From an uncultured virus (IMG/VR IMGVR_UViG_3300022822_000015) (lineage: Duplodnaviria > Heunggongvirae > Uroviricota > Caudoviricetes): a stretch of 64,000 nt of DNA. The DNA lies in IMG/VR virus record IMGVR_UViG_3300022822_000015. One strand, given 5' to 3'. Under the pieces are notes generated by a model. The model ran no database searches and was not told the origin of the DNA. It worked only from the letters and a program-made list of their open reading frames with translations. Positions 46,930-56,306 of this stretch are shown in pieces (position 1 is the stretch's first letter; each line of letters starts with the position of its first letter). Both the position numbers and the translations under genes were made by a program.

Positions 46930-49900
46930 TTAGTAAAAAACACCCTTAAAAACATTCTCAGGAACTACGCTTCCAACTCCAACAGACTCTAACGGCATGT
47001 GTGCAATACCACCGTAACGAGTACTCATGTTAAGAACGTTAGCACTAAAGATAGTGTTCATGTTTCCTGTTACATACTCTTGTATAACCATTTCAGTAGA
47101 CAAGTTAACAGGTTTATCTTTAACCATTCTGTAAATAGCTTTCTGTATACGTAACCAGTAAGAAGGAAACATTAGTATACCTACGTCGCTTAGCTGTTTA
47201 ACAGCCATAGGCAAGTTTTCTTTGTAATCAGGAAAAGAGTCAAGTACGTGTATTCGTGCTTGTGAAGGTGTCATTTTCTCATTCTGAATAGCATGTCTGT
47301 ACAGAGTTTCTTTAGCAAACACATCAATCCTATCCGTTACACTAGAACCTAATCTTACAATTTCACTATTTGGGCTAGTAGTAAACTGAGATACATAACC
47401 TACAACATCCTCGTCCGTCTTCAATTCCTTAATACGATCAGTAACCATATCAAGTTGCTGTTGAGCACCTTTACCATAACCAGATTTACCAACTATCCCG
47501 CCAATATGACTTAAGAAGTCCTCACCTTGAAAACCAATCTTATTTAACGTTTTAATAAAATGAGCTACAACATTCTTATTACCTTTTCTGTCTGTAAGCA
47601 TGTACTCAAGTGCTGTTTGAACATCAGCTTGGAATCCAGAAGAAGCATCAGAATTTTTAGCTACAAGATCAGAACCTAGAGAGTTAATAAAACCTTTGTT
47701 ACCTAAGTTACCTACAGAAGTATTATCAATCTGAGTTTTTAACGCAGTTATTCTATCCTTTATAGCTTGATTGTCTTTAGTACCTACTAACCTAACTTTT
47801 AGCTGAATAATTTCATTAGTTATATTTTGATACTTATCATAGTCTTTAGATATTTCTAAAAAGTTTTTACCTATAAACAATGGTGAAGCACCTGCAACAC
47901 TTAAGTAAGCTACGTTAGACATAACATCAATAGCCCATTTAGCAGGGTTTACAACAACCATACCTATTTTAGAACCAGCTGTAAGGTCTTTTACTATTCT
48001 CATTGCCCACTTCATGTGGTGATTATCAATAAGCGATTTAGAAAATCCACCTATAAGTAAATGAGACATGTCTTTTCTTACTAGCGTAATTTGGTCACTA
48101 AATTTTACACCGCTAGTTCCTTTTACATCAGAAATTCTACCACCAACTGGTTTGTATCTAGCTCTAATAGACTTGTCTAATGTGTTGTAAGCTTTGCCAT
48201 CATCTAGCTTAACAAACCAAGGGTTGTCCATGTTATCAGAATCAACTACTTCTTTTAACTTACCTAGATCTGTATCGTTTGTAGCAAGAAATCTATTTTC
48301 AGACATAACTATGTTATTTCGTATTATCTGAGAATCCTTAATAGCCATGCTGTGTGCTGCACCTCTAACAAGAGTATTTACAAAGTCAGTCTCTATACCT
48401 AAAGTTTCTTTTTCAGCAGGACTAAGTACTACTTTAAATTTGTTACTTTCAGCTTTAACAACGTTAGAGTAGTTTATTTGACTAGCACTAGTTACGTCTA
48501 CGTCTGTAGAACTCAACTTTATGTCAGTGTATGCTCCACGAAGTTCTGTAGAATCAATAAGCTTTTTGTAAACAATACCTAAATTGTCTTTAGTTGGATT
48601 TCTTAATACTTTCCAACCTGTTTCTTCACCTATTTCATAAGATCTTAAATCTTTAAGTTCTATAGCTTTTGTTTGATGAGATTCTTTGTAGTACTCAGGC
48701 AACATACTGTCTCTTAAACCTTCAGTACCTTCTACACCTAGCATAGTAACTCTATTAGCAATACTATTGTCTTTAACTAGGTTAACTAAATCAGTTTTAG
48801 CTAGGAATGACTCAAATTCTTTATTACCTATTTTTTGTATGGACTTAAGAGCTAATAACTTTCTAATGTCTACACTAAATGTAGCACTATCTGACATAGC
48901 ATAAGTAGAAGCTAAGTTGTACAATTTGCCACCTTCTTTAGTACCTGCCTCAGTTTCTACAGTACGTTCTACGTTACGTTCAATTAAGTGATCTACATCT
49001 CTAATAGCAGACTTACTAACTTTTTTTATTTCAGTCTCTAACCGGGTTACTTCAGCGTCTATTTGACTGCTTGTAGTAATGTCACTAGCAAACACAAAGT
49101 AATCATGTAGCGGTAATTGAGTTACAAACCTGCCTATAGTACTAACCTCATCTTTAGACACACCAGTAAGTGCTTTTTTAAACTCACTTTTTTGAAAAGC
49201 AATAGAAGAAATTTGCTGACCTTCCAGTAAAGCTGAATCAGCTAACAAATCTGCCTTGTTAACTTTATTAGTACCTTCACCAGTAATAGTTTGAACTAAA
49301 CCTTGAAGTGCTTCAGACCCTTCGTAAATGCCGGATAATTTATCAGCAGCATCACTATAAAGAGGAAACAACCTTTTCATGTTTTTGTCTAAAGTGTTTA
49401 ATAAACGTTTACCTTTTCTTTCAATTTTACTGTTAAGCATACTAGATACAGCAGCATTTAAATAACGAAGTGAAGCTTTGTCTTGCATATCAGCAGCACT
49501 AGTTGTTTGTCTATTTTTTCCAGAAAACAAAACTGTTTCAAATTGTTTTTGCATATCTGTAATAAAGTTTATGTCTTCTTCTCTTTTACTTTTTCCTGAA
49601 ACAATAACACCATTAATAGCAGAAAATAACTTTTCAGCATTAGGATCACCAATTTTAAAATCAGCGTAAGTAACATTATTAATAATAGTTATTACTTTAT
49701 TTTTGACAAATTCTAATACTTTAGCTAATTTATTTTTAGAAGTGTTATTTAGTGAACTGTACACTTCAGCAGCTACATCAGGTTCTGAATTCATAATAGC
49801 AATAAATTCAGATAACATAGTTTCTTGTGAAGAATTTATATCAATGTAATCCATTCGTTCTTGAGTTTTATTACTAAAAGTTTTTCTTAAAACATGATTC

Positions 49901-52900
49901 ATAGTTTTATCTATGTAAGCCATGTTTAAGTCTAATTGAGTACTGGTACCACTAGTTTTATTAGCAAATCTTTTAACCCAATCAATTACAACTCCTGCTG
50001 TAAAACTGTGAACTATTTCATGTTCAATAAGTTCTATTCTAGTTTTACGATCAGTAGAATTTTCTGAAATAACTACAGTATCAGTTTCAGTATCAAATTC
50101 AAATTCTTCACCTATTCTTACATTAGAACTGTTAGATCCTTCAAGAAAACTTTTAATAATAGGTGATTCTTCTTTGTACTGCTCTAATATAGTTTCTACG
50201 TCTGTAAGTGACTCAGTAGCTGTTTCTGGCTCACTAGCAGTTGTAGTAGTATTAGGAGCAGCATTATCAAATGCGTCCTTCATAGCTGAATTAGAAGGGT
50301 TAGCAGTAGCAGGTTCAGCATTAGGAACAGTAGCAGTCTCAACTTCTGTATTAGCATCAGCACCAGCAAACTCTCTGGCTTTTATACTGTTACCAATAAG
50401 AGCGTTAGTCTTCATGTTCATTCTTTCACTGTTAGCTATTTTAGCTTTAGCAGCTACTCTTGCATCAATCTTTGCTTTAAGTTTAGTAAACTTATCTGAC
50501 TTAGCTAGTGCAGGATCATAAAACTCAATAGAGTTTAGTACTTGTTGATGAGTGTCATACTCACCTAAAAGTCTTTTATTTAATCTTACGTAAGCTTCTT
50601 CTACAAGGCGTACAGTCTCTGTTGTGCCAATTATCTGATCGTGTACGACAATTGCACCGCTATCACCTAGGACTTCGTTTATAGCGTGATACATAAGCCC
50701 AGAGTCTATTCCGTGTATAACAGACACATCCATTATAGATTGAAACAGTTCTTGTTTACGTGTTAGTACTGTGTGGCCACCTTCTTTAGCTAGGTCACTA
50801 TCTCCGGTTAAAGGACTAGATACTTCAACAATTTTTGTAAGAGGCATACCATAAGTTTTAACTTGGTCAATACCAATACCATCTAATACAGCTCCAAAAG
50901 GAAGTACTTTCATTCTATGGTTATCTTTAACTTGAGTAGCTAAATTATAAATGTCAGCACCATCTTTTCTAAAGTCTTTTAGGTAAGCTTCGTAAATTTC
51001 TGCCTGCATTATTTCATACAGTTGTTTAGGAACACCTTTAGTAATAAGAGCAGATTTAATATTAGAGTACAGACCTGATATGTCTTTTAAATCTTTACTG
51101 TCAGCATTTTTAAGACTTGGTGAATCCATTAGGTCACCTAAGTAATCTCTAATGTTTTCGTCAGCTAGGTTGTCTATAATACGTTTAGCTAGGGTGTCAG
51201 CCATAGATTTAACAGCTCCTTTAGGTCCCTGTCCGTATATAAATACCATAGTAGGATCTTTAGCAAAGGCTCTTTCACCTTCTTTAGTACCACCAAATAA
51301 CAAGTTTAAAGTAGTTTGTAATAATTCTCTTACGTTGCCTTGGCCTATGTCTGGTGACATAACTAAACTGTCTTTTTTATTAATAAACCTGCTAGTAGCA
51401 TCTGACATAAGTGCGTAAACGTCATCTATTTTATTTTCGTCTAGTACTAAATTTCCATCTGCATCTGTAATAATACCTATGCTTTCCATAAACGTTTCTA
51501 CATTGGCGTTAGTTCCTAATGCTTGTTGAAATGTTAATGTACCACCCTGTGCTGTAGCGTCAGCTGAATCCATAAGCTCAGTTTGTAAAGTGTCACCAGT
51601 ATTATCTCTAATATCTTGAACACCTTTTAAAGTTACTAACAATGCTGCGTAGTCTACGCCTTGAAATCTTTCAGGTAGGTTACTTAAAGCTACTATTTTA
51701 CGTTGCAGAGTTTTTGCATTTTCGTAACTTTTAAAGTCTTGTAAAGCAGCATCTAGATTAGCATTGCCACCTTCTACAATTTCTTTATAAGTCAGTTCTT
51801 TATCATCTAGTGTTTCTTTAATGCTGTACACAAGACGGTTAAAATCAAAAGACTTTACTTTAACTGACTGAGTACCACTAGTAAGCATGTGTCTGCTTTG
51901 TTTAGATGCATGAGCGTTTAACACACTGTTATCGTAGTAAAGTCTTATGTTTCTACCACCTTTCATTATCATGTGCAGTTCTTCAGGATTACCTTCAGAA
52001 TTAACAAGCTGGTTATAAGTTTCTATAATATCGTCTAAAGGTACTGTTTTAGATAAGTTTTGACCACTAACACTTTCTTGCCTATCAACAGAGTGATCAT
52101 CAGAAGTTTTAATTCCAAATAAAGACTTAATCATTAAAGGTTTATTTTTAAACTTGTCAGTTAAAAGTTTTGTAGCTGACTCACCTGTTTTGTCAGTTTC
52201 TTCTTTAATAAGTGCAAATAAATCATGTACTGTGTTATTTACGTAAAGAGGATTATCAAATAATTTCTGTCTAGCACTTTGTGTACTAGGAGATTGAACA
52301 TTACCATCAGGATCACTTTGAGCTACATCAACTGAACCGTCCTGTTTACCTGTGTAAGGCATAGTAATATTAGATGGCTGTGTCACATGTCTTACAACAG
52401 ATAACGTGTCTACTATGGTACCTAGTTCGGTACCGCTTAAGTCAGCTGCAGTTCTATTAAGAAAATGAGATGACTCCTGAGACAAAGTATCAGTAAGTTT
52501 ACCGGAAGAACTAACTTTGTATTTAGAAATGCCTAGTTTACTTGTATTTAAAGAAACACTTTTAGCATTTGTTGTTGTAATTTTCTTTGACTCAAAAGTT
52601 TGTGTTATAGCTTCACTGTCAGTGTAATCACGAATAGTAGTTACATCATCATGAAAATTTACATAGCCTTTTTCTTCAAGTAGCTCTAGTGCTGCTATAC
52701 CTTGAGTGTAATAAAGTTGCTCAATTTCTGCTGCAGTCTTAGGACTTTCTTCCATAGACTTGTATCTAGCTTGGTTTTTGTACATCCATTTACGACCAAT
52801 ACTAGCAGCTAGCCTAGACAATGGTAGTACTGGAAGTATTCCATCTACAGACAATTGACTCATTTGTACGTCATTATTACGTGCTTTGTCAGACTCACCT

Positions 52901-53241
52901 TTAACTGCTTCCATAACTTCATGAAGTGCTATAGCTTTTGAAATACTGTCTTGATCTACATTATCGTTGTCTATACCAATAATATCTTCTTTAAAAGTAT
53001 CAGCTTTTTGACCAGAATTTAATATTCTTGTAAGAGCATTCTCTATTTTTAAAAGAGTAGGTTTAGATTCATCTTTACCCGGAAGTCCTTCAACACTATT
53101 AGTATTTACAAGTCTGTGAACATCTTCAGGTGTAATATTCCATACATTAAAACGCATGTTTTTTTCTGTATTAGGATCTATTTCTACACCATTAAATTCT
53201 TGAATGTATTTTAAATATAGTTCTGGTGAAGGACAGGACAT
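46930..53241 (-). CDS. Virion RNA polymerase: catalytic domain, zincin motif and C-terminal domain (N4 gp50-like, lacking the N-terminal domain)
   Basis: GRNIRLY, motif A SADATAQG, motif B RAFAKDPTMVFIYGQG, VIHGID, motif C VVHDQ, HEIVH; one Cys in 2103 aa. Confidence 0.88.
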   Translation of the reverse strand: MSCPSPELYLKYIQEFNGVEIDPNTEKNMRFNVWNITPEDVHRLVNTNSVEGLPGKDESKPTLLKIENALTRILNSGQKADTFKEDIIGIDNDNVDQDSISKAIALHEVMEAVKGESDKARNNDVQMSQLSVDGILPVLPLSRLAASIGRKWMYKNQARYKSMEESPKTAAEIEQLYYTQGIAALELLEEKGYVNFHDDVTTIRDYTDSEAITQTFESKKITTTNAKSVSLNTSKLGISKYKVSSSGKLTDTLSQESSHFLNRTAADLSGTELGTIVDTLSVVRHVTQPSNITMPYTGKQDGSVDVAQSDPDGNVQSPSTQSARQKLFDNPLYVNNTVHDLFALIKEETDKTGESATKLLTDKFKNKPLMIKSLFGIKTSDDHSVDRQESVSGQNLSKTVPLDDIIETYNQLVNSEGNPEELHMIMKGGRNIRLYYDNSVLNAHASKQSRHMLTSGTQSVKVKSFDFNRLVYSIKETLDDKELTYKEIVEGGNANLDAALQDFKSYENAKTLQRKIVALSNLPERFQGVDYAALLVTLKGVQDIRDNTGDTLQTELMDSADATAQGGTLTFQQALGTNANVETFMESIGIITDADGNLVLDENKIDDVYALMSDATSRFINKKDSLVMSPDIGQGNVRELLQTTLNLLFGGTKEGERAFAKDPTMVFIYGQGPKGAVKSMADTLAKRIIDNLADENIRDYLGDLMDSPSLKNADSKDLKDISGLYSNIKSALITKGVPKQLYEIMQAEIYEAYLKDFRKDGADIYNLATQVKDNHRMKVLPFGAVLDGIGIDQVKTYGMPLTKIVEVSSPLTGDSDLAKEGGHTVLTRKQELFQSIMDVSVIHGIDSGLMYHAINEVLGDSGAIVVHDQIIGTTETVRLVEEAYVRLNKRLLGEYDTHQQVLNSIEFYDPALAKSDKFTKLKAKIDARVAAKAKIANSERMNMKTNALIGNSIKAREFAGADANTEVETATVPNAEPATANPSNSAMKDAFDNAAPNTTTTASEPETATESLTDVETILEQYKEESPIIKSFLEGSNSSNVRIGEEFEFDTETDTVVISENSTDRKTRIELIEHEIVHSFTAGVVIDWVKRFANKTSGTSTQLDLNMAYIDKTMNHVLRKTFSNKTQERMDYIDINSSQETMLSEFIAIMNSEPDVAAEVYSSLNNTSKNKLAKVLEFVKNKVITIINNVTYADFKIGDPNAEKLFSAINGVIVSGKSKREEDINFITDMQKQFETVLFSGKNRQTTSAADMQDKASLRYLNAAVSSMLNSKIERKGKRLLNTLDKNMKRLFPLYSDAADKLSGIYEGSEALQGLVQTITGEGTNKVNKADLLADSALLEGQQISSIAFQKSEFKKALTGVSKDEVSTIGRFVTQLPLHDYFVFASDITTSSQIDAEVTRLETEIKKVSKSAIRDVDHLIERNVERTVETEAGTKEGGKLYNLASTYAMSDSATFSVDIRKLLALKSIQKIGNKEFESFLAKTDLVNLVKDNSIANRVTMLGVEGTEGLRDSMLPEYYKESHQTKAIELKDLRSYEIGEETGWKVLRNPTKDNLGIVYKKLIDSTELRGAYTDIKLSSTDVDVTSASQINYSNVVKAESNKFKVVLSPAEKETLGIETDFVNTLVRGAAHSMAIKDSQIIRNNIVMSENRFLATNDTDLGKLKEVVDSDNMDNPWFVKLDDGKAYNTLDKSIRARYKPVGGRISDVKGTSGVKFSDQITLVRKDMSHLLIGGFSKSLIDNHHMKWAMRIVKDLTAGSKIGMVVVNPAKWAIDVMSNVAYLSVAGASPLFIGKNFLEISKDYDKYQNITNEIIQLKVRLVGTKDNQAIKDRITALKTQIDNTSVGNLGNKGFINSLGSDLVAKNSDASSGFQADVQTALEYMLTDRKGNKNVVAHFIKTLNKIGFQGEDFLSHIGGIVGKSGYGKGAQQQLDMVTDRIKELKTDEDVVGYVSQFTTSPNSEIVRLGSSVTDRIDVFAKETLYRHAIQNEKMTPSQARIHVLDSFPDYKENLPMAVKQLSDVGILMFPSYWLRIQKAIYRMVKDKPVNLSTEMVIQEYVTGNMNTIFSANVLNMSTRYGGIAHMPLESVGVGSVVPENVFKGVFY

Positions 53242-56200
53242 TAAATTTTACACCTTGGATTTAGTTTAGTATAAAGAGCTTCAGCTTTTTTCTTGTCAGA
53301 AATAACTTGTGAAGGTTCATTATCAAATGATTCTGTCATAACTACCTCTGTTTGTACATCAGGAAAAGCTTGTTCAAATGCACTAAGTATTTCAGGGTAC
53401 TTATCTAAAGAAGTAAAATTTCTTAGTAAGTTTTTAACTTCAGCAATATTAGTATAACCAGCTTCTTTAAGTTTTGTAATTATTTTAGGTAACGTAGGAG
53501 TAATTGTAGTAGAAACAATTGCTTGTTTAGAAGGACTATCTTCAACAGAAGCAATTATACTATCAAATGAACTTAGTTGTTTATTTATAGTGTCACGTTT
53601 CTTTTGTACTTCTGGTGTTACTTCAACAGTTTTTATTTCTTCAACAGCAGCTTCCTGTTTTGTAGAAGGAGTAGGTTTAGGACTAGGAGCAGCAGGTCTT
53701 TTAGGACCTACAACATTTTCTTTCTTTTCTGGTCCAACAACTAATTCTTTAGCAGCAGTAGCAGTATCTGTAACTGTTTTAGCAACTGAGTTGTAAGCAT
53801 TTTCTAACTGTTTATCAAATTTAGCCATACCTTCTTCAGTTTCAAGATTAGGCATATCAGGCATATTAGGTAAGTCAGGTAAAAATTCCTTAACTTTTTT
53901 TGTAAAATCTTTAGAACTTTCTGAGTCTAAAAGACTTATCAATTCTTTTGTTGATTCAGCATTTTTAAAATACTCAACTAAACCTTTAGATTTAATATTT
54001 TTAGACAACTCAGCTATTTTAGCTTTAGCTTCTGTTCTAACAGGTTTACGTATTTTATTTGATTCTAGTTTTAACTTGTTAGTAAGTACACCTAGACTAA
54101 CTTTGTTTTTGCCTTTTTTAACTGAATCAAGTTCTTTGTATTTATCTAGGGCAGCCTCAACAATTTCTAAAGAAGGTAAATCTGCTACTTTGCCATTTAT
54201 TGTATCTGAAACAAGTTTAAATACAGAGTCTGCTCCATTTTCTGAAAGAGCTGGACCTTTAGCAATATCTTTTAGCTCTGGCTTAATATTGTCTATAGTT
54301 GTTAAAGTATCGTTACTTTGACCTATATTTTTTAAAGCTTGTTTTTTATTAGCAAGAGTTTTCTGTAATTTCTTGGCTAGGTCCGGGTGTTTTTTATCAA
54401 TAACAGATATTACTTTTGTAAGATCGTTTATTTCCATATCTTTAACAGCAGCTAAAACAGTATTAGAAGACTTAATTCCGTTTCTAAGACCTAACTCTAT
54501 AACACCTCTAGCAGTACTAGATTCTAGATTTTTAACAATTTCTACACTTGCTGTACCAAGTGCAGTAACAGTTTTAACTAAGTTTTCTACAGGAACATTT
54601 TTTAGAAGTTTTTTAGCTTTTTCAGTACTTTTGTTTACAACATTAGTACCTACTTTGCTTACAACTCTTCCTACACTAGTTGCCATTAACTCTGTTTTTA
54701 CAAGAGCTTGATCACTTCTAAATTGACTAATTAACTTAGTTTTTATAGAGTTAAATTGTTTTGGATCAGCAGCAGCTTCAGTAGTTATGTTCCCATTAGT
54801 TTGTATTTTTATGGTTTCTACACCTACTACGTCATCAGCTAGTAAGTCATCAATAGTTTTAGCATTTAAAACAGTGTCAATATTTTTTTCTTTGCCTGCT
54901 ATTTCTTTATCTGCTATAGCTGTTCTTGCTGTTTCAGATTCAGACAATACTGCACGATCTGTTTCAGACAATAGTTCAAAACTTGCTTTAGTAAGTGCAT
55001 CTTGACTTATTTCTTTAACTTTTTTACCACCTCTTACAGCAACACCTGCAGTTCCTACAACAGTGTCTAAAGCTGCACCAGCAACAACTCCCGGAGCAAC
55101 AGTAGCACCTTTAACACCACCGCCTACCATAGCACCTACTAAAGCAGAGTAGTTGGCTTCATCTATATTACCTTCTTCATTAAGTTCATCTAAAGCAGAC
55201 CTAATAGAAAAGTCATCCATCTTAGCTTGTAGTATTGAATGCCAAGTTTGTAAATATTCTAGTGTTGCTTCTAATCCGCCAACAGCAGACACTTTTACAG
55301 CAGCTTTTAGTACTCTTTTAGCAACTTCTACACTGTATTTTTTAGGTATAGGAGACAATGCTTTTGAAATGTCTTTTGCATATTGTTTAGTAGCGTTTTT
55401 AGCAACTGTAACACCTGCTATAGATGGCAAAGCACTCATAAATATAGCTCTATCAAACATCATAAGTGCTAAAGCAGCAGGAGCATTAACTAATTTGTGC
55501 ATAACTGAAGACGCTTCACCATTTTCTTTAATGTAAGCTTCTTCATTTTGTTGTAATACAGCAGCAGTTGATAAACTTACTTGACTAGCTTTTTTACCAA
55601 CAGACTTAGTAGCAGCTAGTGCTTTTTGTAATACGTTTAATTTTACACCTGCATCTTTAGCAGCTACTGCATCAGTAACAGCATCTGATATATCACCTAT
55701 TGCATTAGCACCACGAAAAAGCTTTTTACCAAGCATAGGTAAACCACCAATACCAGCAGTACCAAGAGTACCAGCAATGCCTGACGCTATTGTTCCAGTT
55801 AAACTGTCTACAGCTAGTTCTGGAAGTACTTTTGCAGTTGTACTTATAGCGTCTATTACATTACCTGCTGCGTCTAAATACTCACCTTCTCTTAAACTTA
55901 TTCTAGCGTTAGCTAAACTGTTTATGCCTGAAGATGCTGCTTCATTAAGCTCTTGCCTTACCGTGGCTCTAACGTTACTTCTAACGTCAGCTTCTTCCAT
56001 TAGATTAGGGTTAGATTCTCCTGAAGCAATATTTTTTATGTTGTTAAATTCTCTATCAACAGCAGCAGTACCTAATGAGTACAAGTCATTAGCAAAACTA
56101 GTACTATTTGCAAGACCACCATTAAATCTGTCTATGTTGTTAGCTTGTTCTTCAGACACAGGAGTAACTTTAGGTTCAGGTGTAAGCTTTTGTTGCTTAC

Positions 56201-56300
56201 TTGCTATTTTGTCTTTTAAAGAATCAATTTTCATGTCCAATAAAGAAGACGAGTAGTCTACCTGATAAGCATTTCCAGCATTTCTAAATATTTCAGACAT
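53241..56300 (-). CDS. Ejected virion protein, probably the detached N-terminal domain of the vRNAP
   Basis: 1019 aa, Gly/Ala hydrophobic segments, one Cys; TAATG-coupled to the polymerase ORF. Confidence 0.65.
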   Translation of the reverse strand: MSEIFRNAGNAYQVDYSSSLLDMKIDSLKDKIASKQQKLTPEPKVTPVSEEQANNIDRFNGGLANSTSFANDLYSLGTAAVDREFNNIKNIASGESNPNLMEEADVRSNVRATVRQELNEAASSGINSLANARISLREGEYLDAAGNVIDAISTTAKVLPELAVDSLTGTIASGIAGTLGTAGIGGLPMLGKKLFRGANAIGDISDAVTDAVAAKDAGVKLNVLQKALAATKSVGKKASQVSLSTAAVLQQNEEAYIKENGEASSVMHKLVNAPAALALMMFDRAIFMSALPSIAGVTVAKNATKQYAKDISKALSPIPKKYSVEVAKRVLKAAVKVSAVGGLEATLEYLQTWHSILQAKMDDFSIRSALDELNEEGNIDEANYSALVGAMVGGGVKGATVAPGVVAGAALDTVVGTAGVAVRGGKKVKEISQDALTKASFELLSETDRAVLSESETARTAIADKEIAGKEKNIDTVLNAKTIDDLLADDVVGVETIKIQTNGNITTEAAADPKQFNSIKTKLISQFRSDQALVKTELMATSVGRVVSKVGTNVVNKSTEKAKKLLKNVPVENLVKTVTALGTASVEIVKNLESSTARGVIELGLRNGIKSSNTVLAAVKDMEINDLTKVISVIDKKHPDLAKKLQKTLANKKQALKNIGQSNDTLTTIDNIKPELKDIAKGPALSENGADSVFKLVSDTINGKVADLPSLEIVEAALDKYKELDSVKKGKNKVSLGVLTNKLKLESNKIRKPVRTEAKAKIAELSKNIKSKGLVEYFKNAESTKELISLLDSESSKDFTKKVKEFLPDLPNMPDMPNLETEEGMAKFDKQLENAYNSVAKTVTDTATAAKELVVGPEKKENVVGPKRPAAPSPKPTPSTKQEAAVEEIKTVEVTPEVQKKRDTINKQLSSFDSIIASVEDSPSKQAIVSTTITPTLPKIITKLKEAGYTNIAEVKNLLRNFTSLDKYPEILSAFEQAFPDVQTEVVMTESFDNEPSQVISDKKKAEALYTKLNPRCKI

Positions 56301-56306
56301 AGTTAG

